NCBI GenBank assembly: GCA_013239625.1
Contig: MU054220.1
Location: 8,281,367 to 8,345,366 of the forward strand
Length of the DNA: 64,000 nucleotides
Direction: 5' to 3'
Origin: Lama guanicoe
Lineage: Eukaryota
The translations under genes were made by a program, and so were the position numbers. Shown piece after piece: positions 25,760 through 39,189 of this stretch; positions within the stretch are counted from its first letter, which is position 1, and every line of letters starts with the position of its first letter. The notes beneath the pieces are model-generated. The model was not told the DNA's origin. It saw only the letters and a list, made by a program, of their open reading frames with translations, and made no database searches.

Positions 25760-26490
25760 GACATCAAAGTGAGTCACCGGAAACCTTCAGCATGGACCCA
25801 TGATTTTAGTATTTTCTAAATAAAACCTTTTCAGGTAATGTTAGCTTAATGGAAGATGCTTTCTAAAGCAACTAGCCTTCTTGTCACGATTTTAAAACTT
25901 AAATGGACTCTTTTGTCAAAACACGTCACTTTAAAGCCGAGACTCCTGCATCAGCGGCCAGCTTCCGGGTGGGCAGCTGCTCCCTGCTCCCTGTCCTACC
26001 TACCCCGGCCCTCGGCGCCTTGACCACCACCTTCAAGGTTGGAGACGCCAACAGCAGGAATAGCTCCTGGGTCTTGCAGCCTCTCAGCAGTGGATCCAAT
26101 TTTTCATTAGGTTTTGATAAACCAACAGAACCACCTGTGAGGAGGGAAAAAAAATGGCCTCCAGCATCTCTGGGACACCTGAGGAAAATCCCCCTTCACG
26201 GGCCATCGGCAGGTGCCAAGTTCAGTGGCGGGCAAGATTCTAAGTCATCTGGACCCCAGAGAAGGAACTCTTCTGGAGCAAACTCTGGAGATTTCTTAGA
26301 TCTGAAGGAAGAAGGTGACCTTCATCCTTCGTGGACACAGACTTGCAGGCCAGCCTGGGGCGGAGCGAAAAGAAGCGGGTGCCCGCGCGCCTGCAGCGCC
26401 CGCCCCAGTGTCGTGCCGGAGCAAGCGCCGGATGCCAGTCCAGCTTCTTCCTACGTTAGCTCCGCCTGCCCTGAACTCTCGTCTGTTTTC
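25760..26490. promoter_or_regulatory. Small CpG-rich promoter/enhancer-like region
   Basis: 16 CpGs in 26330-26481 within a CpG-poor window; GC boxes GGGGCGGAGC (26357) and CCCGCCCC (26399); ACATCAAAG-TGAGTCA-CCGGAA at 25761-25782. Confidence 0.6.
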
Positions 26491-27689
26491 TCCATTCTTG
26501 TGAACTACACAACTTGAGCCTGGCTGTACATCTTGTTGGTTTGTTTCATTAAAAAAGAAGCACTGAAACACACACACACACTTTTCTGTGATATCAGGGT
26601 GTCACAGAATTCGAGTATTTCCAAATCTCCGTGTATACAACATGCTATAAGATATTTGAAGTATTTCAAAATGAGAGTTGATATCATTGAAAAACCCAAC
26701 CAAAAAGGAAAACTGCACATTTATCTTTATTGAACTCAAATTTCTGAGCTTTAATTTTGACTAAATGATTAAAGCCATGAAACCTGCCTCATGCATGATT
26801 TTTGCCATAAAATTATAGCAAAATAGACATTTCTAACAGAAATGCCTGCTCATTCATAACTATTCTATTGCTAGTCCAAAGCACTAATAAATCATTGGCT
26901 GATCTTCATTCGCCTGCGATAGATTTGTCTTCAGTGATGATCAGCCTTCTTGTTGAAGTAGGTAATCAAATCATTCAAGCACTTTGAGACTTAAATATCT
27001 TGTAGAAGAAATGAAAAGGGTCATGTTCACACATAAACAGAAGACAAGTGTCTCCTAGCCTGTGAAGCAGAAACTCAGGCAGTAGATAATTATTGAAAAT
27101 GAAGCCTCAAAAGGAGAGGGTTTTAAAGGGTTATCTCCTGGAAGAAATGGTTTTGAAATAACTTCTTCAGTGATTGTATTCAATTTGGTCATCTAAGGAC
27201 AATTATGGATTGCTAGAATTTCAGAGTAAGAAATTTGTACTAACTAGAGGGCAATTTTTAATATTTTTTCCCATGACTTACAATATAACTCCTTTCAAAG
27301 ATATCATATATAACTGTTTCCCCAAATCAAATTTCAAAGTTGGAAATTTCTTAAAGGTAGTATCCATTCTGCTTTGAAAAATAAACTCAATGCCTTAATC
27401 CAATATAATTATGTTACTCAGGAAAGCAGAATAGGAATATCAAGAAGTTAAAAAGTAAAACTTCTAATTCCACTCCTCCTCTAATAAACTTGAACCTGTA
27501 AATAATTTTGTTCTTATATCTTCCTCTGTAAATATATCTGTAATCTATGTACATCTAACATAGATGTAGTCAAAACCTAATTTGAATTATATGTTTTCTG
27601 TGATTTACAGTATTTTTTACTTAAATATATATGTATGTATATGCATTTATTTATTTCTAAATTAGCCCAAACTTCTATATTAATAGTGC

Positions 27690-29980
27690 TTAACATCAAT
27701 CTTTGTAAAGGCTTATGATATTAATAATATTGATGTCCTAAATGTATTTAATGATTCACCGACTGATTGATGTTTACATGATTTTAATGTATTACATATT
27801 ACGTTATAAACACAGCTACAGGAAACACCACTCATGGGCATCTTGATTCATACACATAAGCACTTCTATCACATACATTTGTTTTACTGAAGTACAGTTG
27901 ATTTACAGTGTTGTGCTAGTTTCAGATGTACAGCAAAATGACTTGGTCATATACATATACAATCCTTTTTTCAGTTCTTTTCCATTAAAGGTTATTACAG
28001 GATACTGAATATAGCTCCCATGTGCTATACAGTAAATCCTTGTTGTTTGCCTGTTTTATGCATGGCAGTACGTATCTGTTAATATCATACTCCTCTAATT
28101 TATCCCTCCCCTACATTCCCCTTTGGTAACCATAAGTTGTTTTCTGTGTCTGTGAGTCTGTTTCTGTTTTGCAAATAAGTTCATTTAATTCTGTTTCCTA
28201 GATTCCATATATAAGTGATACCATATAATATTTGTATTTCTCTGTCTGACTTACTTCACTTGTATGGTCATCTCTAGATCCATCCATGTTGCTGCAAATG
28301 GCATTATTTCATTCTTTTTTTGACTGAGTAATGTTCTATTGTATATATGTACCCCATCTTTATCCATTCATCTGTCAGTGGACACTTAGGTTGCTTTCAT
28401 GACTTAGCTGCTGTAAATATTGCTGCTATGAACATTGGGGTGCGTGTATCTTTTTAAATTAGAGTTTATCTTTTCTGGATAGTATGCCCAGGGCTGGGAT
28501 TGTTGGATCATATGGTACCTCTAGTATTTTAGAGAACTTCCATAGTGTTTTCCATAGTGGCTGTACCAATTTACACTCCTACAAACAGTGTAGAAGGGGT
28601 CCCTTTTCTTCATACCCTCTCACAGCATTTATTATTTGTAGACTTTTTGATGATGGCCATTCTGACCAGTGTGACTACTTCAGTTTTGATTTGCATTGCT
28701 CTAATGATTACCACCGTTGAGCATCTTTTCATGTTCCTATTGGCAATCTAGATATCTTCCTTGGAGAAGTGCCTATTTAGGTCTCTTGGCCATTTTTTGA
28801 TTGGGTTGTTTGCTTATTGATATTGAGTTGTATGAGTTGTTTATATATTTTGGAACGTAAGTCTTTGTTGGGCGAATCATTTGCAAATATTTTTCCCAGT
28901 CTACAGGTTGCTTTCTAATTTTGTTTATGGTTCCCTTTGCTTTGCAAAAACTTACAAGTTTGATTAGGTCCCATTTGTATATTTTTTCTTTTATTCCTTT
29001 GCCTTGGTAGGCTGCCCTAGGAGAACATGGTTAAGATTTGTGTCAGATAATGATCTAAGAAAATATTGCTGATGTATGTCAGAGAATGTTTTGCCTATGT
29101 TCTCTCCTGGGAGTTTTATGATGTCACGTATTACATTTTAGTCTTTAACCCATTTTGAGTTTTTTTTTCTGTATCATATAAAGGAGTGTCCTAACTTCAT
29201 TAATTTACATGTGACTGTCCAGTTTTTCCAACACTACTTGCTGAAGAGCCTGTCTTTTCTCCATTATATATTCTTGCCTCCTTTGTCAAAGATTAATTCG
29301 CCATAGATGAGTGACTATTTCTTGGCTCTCTATTTTGTTCCATTGATCTATATGTCTGTTTTTTGTGCCAGTATCATGCTGTTTTTATTACTGTAGCTTT
29401 ATAGTATTGTCTGAACTCTGGAAGGGTTACAGTACACCTTTGGTTTTTTCTCAGGATTGCTTTGGCAATGTGGTTCCACATAAATTTTTAGATTACTTGA
29501 TCTAATTCTGTGAAAAAACGTCATACATAATTTCAAAGGGAGTACATTAAATCTGTAGACTGCTTTGGGTAGTATGGCCATTTTAATAATATTAATTCCT
29601 CCAATCAAAAAGCATAGGATATCTTTCCATTTCCTTATCATTTTGATTTCCTTTAACAATATTTTATAGTTCTAAGCAAATAAGTCTTTCATCTCCTTAG
29701 TTAGGCTTATTCTGAGATTTTTTTTATGCCATTTTAAATGGGATTTTTTAAACTTTCTCCTTCATTGATACTGTAAAGAAATGCAACAGATTTCTGTATA
29801 TTAATCTTGTGTGCATCACCCATGCCAAATTCATTTATAAGTTCTAATAGTTTTTGTGTGGAATCTTTAGGGTTTTCTCTATATGTAGCATAAATATTTA
29901 AAAGTATAGATCCAAAGTCCGTGCATTTAAAATTTTGTTAGATATTTCTGATTGTCATCAAGAAAGTTACCAATTTACAA
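27690..29980 (-). mobile_element. Ancient L1ME-like fragment split by a younger L1 (pieces about 27690-27880 and 29890-29980)
   Basis: ttataaacacagctacaggaaacacc... on the left; gtgcatttaaaattttgttagatattt...ttaccaatttaca on the right. Confidence 0.5.
27882..29885 (-). mobile_element. 5'-truncated artiodactyl-type L1 (ORF2 C-terminal part plus 3' UTR)
   Basis: ttttactgaagtacagttgatttaca 3' end; ORF2 remnant [29 protein letters not shown]. Confidence 0.93.
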
Positions 29981-30609
29981 ATTAGCCTATAATTTTCAGT
30001 ATAATTTATAACCAAGCCAGAAGTTTCACAGACAGTACTAAATAAAAACTAAAATCCATGTTTGTTCTTGCAAACCTTAGGTGCATCCTTTCTTGCCTTT
30101 TAAAGTATGGCCAATATTTTTGGGTAAATAGGGAATGAACAAATCAGAAATTCCTTATTGGAAAGGGAGGTTTTGTTATCAGCGTTTGTTGGTCTTTACA
30201 GAAGCAGAGATTCTGAGACAGAGGCAGTAGAAACTATCATTACTCTGAAAATCTTGCTGCTTTTTTTTTTAGCAAGATTTTGGCAAGTACTAAAATTGGA
30301 ACCAGATTGCATTTAAAAGAAAACAAATTATAGCATCTCCTTAAGCAGAACTCACACACAATGTTATATTACTAACTCCTGAGTGGTTTAAACTGCTGTC
30401 AGCTCTTAATGGAATTTGTCAAGAATATTTCAGAAGTCTGTCTTTCTATGCAAGTTTTATATTTGGAGGATGCCTACCATTTCGCTTACTTATACAAAAA
30501 TCGTGTTTGTAATTGATTTTTTAAGCCTTGTGAAAAGCACTTAGTCTAATCTAGTTAAACTACCATCTAGTTCAAATTTTGTATGTGGTTTTGTATAGAA
30601 ACTGGTATC

Positions 30610-30785
30610 ACTGTGTATAAGCAGTGCAGCAGAATCTGGGAGCTGTGCATTTTAATTCTGCTTGTATCATTCACTGGCCACAGCTCTTAAATGAATCACT
30701 AAAATGTTCTGGACACCAGCCCCTTATTTAATATAATTAGTTGGATCAGGTGCTATTCTAGGTCCCTCCAGCTCCAAAAGAATTT
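30610..30785 (+). mobile_element. MIR3/MIRc-like fragment
   Basis: gttggatcaggtgctattctaggtccctccagctccaaa resembles the MIR3/MIRc 3' end. Confidence 0.5.
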
Positions 30786-30934
30786 TTCTCTAATTCTAAA
30801 AGAATGAGGATTTTTTTAAAATACACATGATTTTTTTCCTATAACAATAAACTCTTCAAAGCAGATGTTCATCAAACCTTGTAAAATCAATAAATGACTA
30901 TCAGAAACCATTATTTTCTTAATCAATAAAGCTC

Positions 30935-31175
30935 ACCATGATAGTTAAGTCCATGTACTTTGGACTCAGTGTTAGTTCCCTGCTCTGCCTCTTAGTAGCA
31001 TGCCCACTAGCTGGTTATTAAACACTTACCTGCTATCTGAAAAGTCAGGTTAATAATGATAATAGTAGTCAGGTTAATAATGATAATAGTATCTTATAAA
31101 GATGCTGGGAGTATTAAATGAGCGTTAGTGAAACTCAACATTCAATACCTATCAGGTGCTCATATATGCTATTAG
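30935..31175 (+). mobile_element. MIR with an internal 24-bp tandem duplication
   Basis: gttaagtccatgtactttggactcag...ataatagtatct...gagtattaaatgag. Confidence 0.6.
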
Positions 31176-32609
31176 AACTGTCGCTATAATTAATCTGTGA
31201 GGCATGAGAAAGGCGTTACTCTTTATCATTCCCTGAATTAATTCAGCCTTGTTTTAATAGGAATGCGATTTTAATAAGAAAATGAGAACGATGCCCTTTG
31301 GATACCCCAAATCCTTTCGCAAAGCAGGACACTTGGTGGGAAAGTCACATTCAGGGCCCCGGATTTTGCAAACCAAAGTTCTCTTCTCGAAAAGAAAGTT
31401 AAAACGAAACCCTATCACTACGAACATCTGGTACCTTCTCAGGACAGAGAATTATCTAGGGGGGAAAGGCTGCACTAAAGAAAATCCTGAAGAATGATGT
31501 GTCTAACTCAAGCCCATCCAGGTGAACCTGAAATTTCTAGCAAAGTCAAAAAAAGGTAACTTCGATAATTGGCGCTTTACTCTGGAGTTAGTGACTTTTG
31601 TTCAAGGATTGTTACTCAAAAGTGCCAGAAGCTGTAACAAATAAGGGATCTGACACATTCCTGCGATTTGTAAAGAAACCTTGGTTTGAAGTAGTAGCAA
31701 CATCCAACTTTATGAGATAACTTGAAAATACTGATGTGCTTGTTTTTTTTGTTTTTCAAATTTTGAAGTTATAAAACCTAGTGTTAGAAAAAAAGTTAGG
31801 CACAATCAGAGCTTCAGTGCAAGTTTTCACACATCCTGTCAGTATCAGAAAAGCCAGCTGGTAGGTTGAGTTCAATTCAGTTTCTTCCTCTATTCCTTAT
31901 CAGAACAATTGTTCGCTTCAAATGACCTCTCTTCCTGAGACACTGTGAAGGTAGTTTCCTCTCTTGAGAAGCCTACTGAAATTTTTCATACTGATATATA
32001 TCAAAGCCTCTTAAATCTTCTTATAAATTTTTGGAGGAAAAAAGCCAAATTAAGGCTTACTTAGGAAAAAAAAATACAAATGGGCATAACATACAATCAG
32101 GATCAAATAAGACATAAATGAAATTTTTCATTAGGGCTTTTTACAGAAATGAATTGGATAAACATGGCTTTTAGCACGAAATATATTTTTCTCTTGAAAT
32201 TTTGCTACTGTCCGTTTTGGGTCCTGGACTCAGAGACTTCGTTAAAATTGGCCCTACGTCTTTATCTTAGTCTATCAAGTTATGCCTAAACCTGATAGTG
32301 AAACAGTTCGTTGTTTGGAGTTTAAATGGTAGAAACTTTTAGGAGGACCATTTAGGGCCATGCAAAAAAATTCTTAAAATATTTACATATCCTAACTGGA
32401 GAATTAAATTCAGAAATTCATGCTAAGAAAACAACACTTTAAAAATTTATGAACAAATATATTTACCCTTCCATTTATTTAAAATAAACCTACATGATGT
32501 AATTATCAATTTATCCAGTTATAAAAGCACATAATCTGTAAAATCTTCATCAGCTCATCATTGTTGTGAAATTATTTTAAATTCTTCATTCAATATGAAA
32601 AAGTTTAAT

Positions 32610-32810
32610 GATACATGACAAGAAATTAAGTGCAAAAGTAAGATACATATACTGTGTCATTTTCTCTATATTCAAAAAGGAAACATGTTTGAAGTCACTG
32701 TTTTTCCTCTTTTTCTGTGAGATAATGTTACAGGTAATTTTACTAGCTTAATAAGATACTTCTCTATATTTCCAGAATTTTCTACACATACAATTTTTAA
32801 AATTAGAAAA
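32610..32810 (+). mobile_element. Ancient L1ME-like 3' fragment
   Basis: ttacaggtaatttt...tctctatatttccagaattttctaca. Confidence 0.38.
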
Positions 32811-34861
32811 CTTTTTTGAAAGATAGTTTACAAAGATCAAAATTCTCTTAAAGCAAAACAAACAAAAATGTTCAATATTCCCTTATACGGATACCTCACT
32901 ACACTAAACATTAGTTACGTGTGGGGCATTACATCCCCCAATTAAAGTTCAGCCGCCCTTGTTCACTTGAGATTAAGCATTGCTTCGGTCTAATTTTCTT
33001 TTTTCCACTGCACACTCATACCTCACATCTGCCATTCGTAGCATGTGACTCATCCCAGGTACCCAGAATGATGCTATGTGTGCTTCCTTTCCTTATCTGA
33101 TTAGTCATTTCTAATATTATATCCCTCTATTACTCTTGTATTTCCTAGGCTTTTTTTTAAAATGTCTTTATTTAGTCTCAAGAGGATTTTTACTTTTATT
33201 TGAGCCACTTAGCCTAGAACAGACTTTGCCTTCCTTGGGCACCCGTTTTAAATTGGGCAATGCCTAGCACAATGTAGTAATCAGATGGTCCCCTGGTTTT
33301 GAATGTCCACTTGGTCAGGGCTGCATTTACATTCCTGTAGTCCTGTCTCTGAAACTTGGAGCTCTGTGAAAGAATACAAAGCTGACTTGCAGCTCGGTGT
33401 GGAAATGTGTAAATGTTATACATCAAGGAAATAGACTTCGTAACAACAGGAAAGTCAGAGTTCAGATTCTGAGTGTTTAGACTCATTGGTGTGCGAAGCT
33501 GGAATGGAATGGTCCAGGAAAAGGTGGTCCCGAGCCCGTCTGACTGCCTGGCACAACAAAAGTGCTACTGCCCACCCTCACCCCCACACCAGAAAAATAC
33601 CAATTGGCCACTCTATGGACTTTGCAGTTTTCAACAAGTGCAATGCAATCTTCCCTGCAAAAGAGGGCCTCCCAGGCTGGGTAGTGTATGCAGAGCATGT
33701 GGCACGAAATTCCACCCCCAAGAAATCCAAGCCCAGGCTAGAAAGGTGGGGACACGCACACTGAGTACCCACAGCTCCGAGGCTCTCTGGACTCCTTACC
33801 CTTGGTGGAAAACAACCAAAGGAGGGACAAAATCAAGTCCCCACGTGGGCAGAGTTTCCTCAGACAAGTGCTACTGTCTGTGTTCTATTTAATTTTTTTT
33901 TAACTAATGCAAGAAAATGTATTCAGAGGTGAAACAAATGTCCTAATTAATGTTTTCAGAAATTTAGGGATTTCTGTTTCTCCTTGTACTGTTTGATGCG
34001 TCTGCATTATTACCTCTCGGGGTTGCTCTGTGTCCTGATTATCTGTCCACTGATCTGTGCTTATTATTCCTGCCTCATTCCCTTCCTCTGAGTATGCTTC
34101 ATGTTTGCAGCGAGCTAATCAGGACTGGGAAGAAAGGATGGGTAATTACCGGCTTCAGTCCCATAATTAAGGTTCATAAGAATCGTCCTATTACCCACAG
34201 GGAGAACAGACTTTGGGGCAGACACCCAAACACTTCCCAGCCACAGTTTAATACTTGTTAAGAGCCAGATAATGGATTCTGCCAAGTATCAGTGTCAGAC
34301 CTTTTCGATTAGTTTATATTCATGATGCTTTCCTAGGAAGCTAACTTACTCATAGATAGTCTGTGATGTGGTTAACAAGAAGAAAAATATTTTAAAAGGC
34401 ATTTGAAGGGAAATTGCCATTGTATTTTATTTCTGTTTTATGTCTAATCACTTCTATTTCATCGTAGGGAAAAAAAAGAATTGATTCTAATATGCAAGAG
34501 CTAGGACCGCAGTCTAGCATGCCTTATGCTGAAAAATATGATTTGGGGTATTGTTGTCATTCTGTAACCAGCAGCCATTCTATTTGTTTATATGTAAATT
34601 TCCCAGTGGGCTCCCTTGTAGAAAAGCTTTGCTGAAGCCTGTTGTAAAGAACTAGAATAACAAGGAGCCTAGATTTATCCCAAGGAGCTAGAAGAACAGT
34701 GGTCCAGGGGGAAGTATAAAAAATGAAGGCAGCTTGAATTTACAGACTCATTATAAATATACTTTGTGTAAGTATGTATTTATATACATTTGTGTAAGTA
34801 TACTTTGTATACCAAGACAAGTCTGGCACCTTTGAACTTTGTGTTTTTCAATCAGTTACCT

Positions 34862-34902
34862 GTATATATATATGTGTGTGTGTGTGTGTGTATGTGTGTG
34901 TA
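34862..34902. repeat. (TA)n(TG)n microsatellite
   Basis: Directly visible. Confidence 0.9.
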
Positions 34903-35879
34903 TCTTGGCACCAGAACCAGGAGCTGGTCTGATAAAATTCCTTAAGGGCTTTTCTAATACACAGACTGAGATAAAAAAAAATCATCGCAGCAAAACCACT
35001 TCTGGTTTGACTCAGTAACTCTTGATTAGTCAAAGGGTAGTCTATTTGTTCACTCTATTTCACTCTAATATTATAGTTGTTGAGACAGTTGGGTTTTCTG
35101 GGCTTTGTAGCCCACTGATATTCTCATTCTGCATGTGTCCTGTGTCAGCCAAGGTCCTTGGCTTGCCAGAAACAGGAAATAAAGTACCTTAGGAATCAGA
35201 GGAATGTCCTGAATCTCAGCAGCTCAGGGAATCCAGCAGAGTCCAGACAATCTGCTTGGAAAACGAATAGGAACAAAGGCAGTTGTAAGGCTGATCCAAG
35301 GCATAGAAAGTATTATGACAGCTTCTTAACATGTACATCGTGGCCAGGATGCCATATTGCAAGACATCTCCGTACACCCCTGTAGTTACAGAAATCAGAT
35401 TCTCAGTCTTTTTGTCACTCATTCCATAATAAAGTCTATGAGAGACCCATTCAGGGGTTTGAGTATTGACCATGTGCTGCCAGAAGGCAGACAATGGGCG
35501 GACCTTTCCACTTCACTTCTGGAGGAGGGGGTTATGTCACCATGTCCCTTCAGTATTACATATAATGAGAAGTCCTCCTTATAAGAAGGGGAATTAAATG
35601 TTTGATGGCCCCAAATAACAGATGCTGGCTGCCTGTTTGCTCTCATGACTCATGGAGGTATAACTGCCCCACATAGACTTCCCTTTCCCCTCATTTCACA
35701 TTTAAGCCCAGATTTATAAGTCCCTTTCCCTGCAAGACACCTCCAGCTTGTTTGTCATTTATTCGGCATCTGCGTTTGAGGTGCTGCTGCGTCCTAGGTG
35801 CTGCTTCTTTCTGAGCACCTTCAAAACTGAGCTCATCAGTTTTGCTCTCTTACTGTGTATTTTACGCACTTTGTTTCTT

Positions 35880-36065
35880 GGTCTCTGGTAAACCCATCTG
35901 TTTAAGATTCATCCTGGAGTTTCCCCTTTCCCTCCTCTAGCCTGTTAACCAAATCATTCTAATTTTACCTTCTTAATATTTCAGGGACATATACCGTAAT
36001 CTTTCTTTCAGCTACTGTTATTTATTGCCCGTCACCGAATTATGTCACATGGCTATAGTGCGACT
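35880..36065 (+). mobile_element. L2 fragment
   Basis: ttaaccaaatcattctaattttaccttcttaatatttc. Confidence 0.4.
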
Positions 36066-39000
36066 CCGCAGCTTTTGTTCAAACACACGGAGCTTTATTT
36101 TACTTTAATTTCTGCGTTTTTGGTCATGTTCATTGCATTAGTAAATCTGGTAGCATATAATTAGTCAAAGGATATGAATTTTACATTATACTTGTTAAAT
36201 GTTAATTAAAATTTAGTCAAATGCTATTGAATAATTAAGCCTGTCGGCAATCCCAGATTTTATTTTGTGTCCATTTTCTTCCTGTTTCCACTTAAATGAG
36301 TGGTTATGAGAACTAGGAAAACAGCCATGTAAATCTTAATGTTGGCACGACGTATATGCCTGTATATGTTAATTAAAGGCCATTATGTTTTCATAATTAA
36401 TATTATTTACATTTTTGTTCCGACACCAGACAGTATAAGTCAAGTGCGGTTCTGCGTTTGTTTCAGCATCTGGAACTAAATAAGAGCTTAGATTGTTTTT
36501 GAATGAAAACAACAGAATTCTGGCCAATGGGCTCATTCCCTTAAATCAAGTCAGAATTACCAGCCGTTCAATATTATTCTCAGCTATGTGTCAGTTTAAG
36601 TATGAACTACAGTGCCGACATAAGGAGAAATTTGAGCTTTTAGACTTGCAGTAATTTGTGAGACATTTTATCTAGTTTCCTATTGCATATTACCTTCTTA
36701 GAGGAATTCTTCGCTTTCATCAGCTCAGGCATAGCTCTTAAATAAATCACCTTCATGACTGACCACAAATCTCAAACTACAGATGTTAGATTTTCTAGAT
36801 GAAGTCCTCAGTGTGATTTGGGAAACTCTGCCCATCCCAGGAGACACTCAGTGTCTGTCCTTCTCCATAACACAGAGATATACACAGCCCTGAAATCATG
36901 TTGTATTTTGTTTAAACTTGTGTTTCTTTATATACAGGACATTATGCTGAAATTATTGGGGAAATCTCTAGCTTCTGAGTTTATAAAATATAAGCAGAGA
37001 GATAAAATGTACCGTAGTGTGCTTAATAGACCTCTCACTGTAAGGAAATGAACAAAAATATACCTCTTCTTCTTTACTATAGAAATTGACAACATGCTTT
37101 AGCTCTGGCTGATTGCACAGATCTTGTCTATTAAATGCTAAGTCGCCACATCCTAAAAGATACATCTGTCTATCAGAGGATAAGACCACACTAATCCCCC
37201 TGTAGGATTGGAAACGAAATTGAAAGGGTGCTCTGGGGGAGTTTGCCCTATTGGTTTAAAGCGTAGATCTCATAAAGCCCTTTTGCTGCCAAGTAGGATT
37301 GATTATTTTTCAAATGTGAAGGACAGGATTGACATAAACTATCCTTCCCTTCCCTTTATCACAAGAACCTATGGTGCTGCTTCATGGTATTTATAAGATG
37401 ATATTTTTCAATGTCAAAATCCCGTGTTCATCTAAATTATAGATTTTTTTTTCTTGTGTGTGAGCACTCTAAAAAGCTTTTCTAAACGTATTGGCATCAG
37501 TTTTTAGCAGTTCTAGAGCGTTGTCTAGGGACAATCCTTTTACAGTAAAATGTGTATTTTTATGTGTTTAATCCTTTCGGTGATAAAAATAATTAAACAT
37601 CTTAAGGGCATGTTATAAAGGACTTAGAGAGGTTTGTTGTAAAAGACAATTAAGCAGTGGTCTATTTGTGTAATTTTTCTGAAATGTTACATACGGACTT
37701 GGTAAAGCTAAATTAAACTACTTTAATATGTTGTCACTCTTCTATTTGCTCTGTTTTCTACTCTTGTGTATGTTGTTGCTCCATAAACTTTGAGCACTGA
37801 TTGTCATGGTTAATTTTAGTCGCAATTTTATTAGTAGACAGACTGCAATTGATAACCCCAACACTTAATCAAATCAAAAGCATGTTTAAGGCACAAACGG
37901 CTTATTTCTTATGTGTGGCTCCATTCTTTTGATTCATATTACTCCATTTTCCCGAATAAGATAAAACTTGGTTTCATGAAAGATACCCTAGGGATATACA
38001 GGAAAGGTCAGTGACTTTAACAATGTTTGTTCTTCATTCCTGTCCCTAAGTCTGAGTGATTCTAAGAGGCTTTCATGTATTTTACGCTCCAGCATCTCAG
38101 CTTCTTGGTTACCAAGCAGCACTTCCTGGGATAAGAGATACACCTGCTAATGGCGTTATAAAACACTTCATGGGCACCATTTCTAATTTATACAAAGAGG
38201 GAAAATATACCAATAAACAGATTTCAAAACTGAATTAAGTGTGATTATGTCCTAAGAACAGCCAGCTGGCTTGAGGCTGGTAGAAGACACTCCTGGCACT
38301 TTGATGACCGGACACATCCTGTTGGGCTGGAAATTAGTAAATTGATGTGAAATTACAAGTAATTAGCTCTAGAATTTTTCACAGGCCCTCTGAAAATTAA
38401 AAAAAGAAAAAAGTTAATCGCTGGTTAATAGGAATAGTGTAGTTGCTAAAGAATGTTTTAAATGCTGTATATTAAAATGCTCTAAGGTGTCATGGGCAGA
38501 GATATCTCTAAGGGTATTTTGAATATGGAGTTAGATCAATGAAAGACAAAGCTAAATGGTGACCAACCCCTGGACTTCACGGCACCTCTCTATGTCCGCA
38601 TCAGTTGGCCACCTCTGTCACCGGCTAGACAGAGCTGCGCTTTACCTGGTTCAGTGTATTCACCCCAGGTTTGGAATCACTGATGTGAGAGAAAGAATTT
38701 AGATTAACTTGAAACATTTAGAAAGGTTGAGGAAAAACTTCATAGGTTTTTTGAGCTTGATTTCTCTACTGACTGTCCAAACAACATCTCAATTCTTTGG
38801 ATTAACCATACCTAAAATCACTACTTTGTCAGAATCGAAAGACAGAAATATAACACCTCCTCTCTAACTGTGTCCTTTTAGAGAGTCTCCTGTCCCTTTT
38901 CAGAAGCAGGAGTTGCCCCAAATTCTAGCCTCTCACTCTTTCGTAAATTGGAATTTCATAGTTTTTGTTTTTGTATCTTTTTTTTAAATTGGAGTTTTAG

Positions 39001-39189
39001 CTTCCCCACACAGAACTGAATTGGACTTTCCTCAAGTTAGAAGCTGCAAAAAAATAAAACCAAAAGAACAAAAAAACCCACAAAGCCTTGCCCTGTGCCA
39101 TTGTCCTTTTTCACTATCAAGTTGTCTGGAGAACCTGTCTTTAGGTTTTAAGTTTTTGTTTTCTGTTCAGAGTTTGTAATTATTATTGA

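Noticed and set aside
26391..26412. Possible CTCF site
   Set aside because: Needs several core mismatches; a GC box explains it better
25903..26517. Longest ORF (204 aa, +)
   Set aside because: Spans the GC-rich region where stops are rare; S/P/A/G-rich with no recognisable domain; best explained by composition
33473..33892. Four overlapping ORFs (up to 139 aa)
   Set aside because: No recognisable homology or splice structure; consistent with locally higher GC
38556..38682. Possible hAT MITE ending ggtttggaatcactg
   Set aside because: Only one convincing terminal repeat; cannot assign
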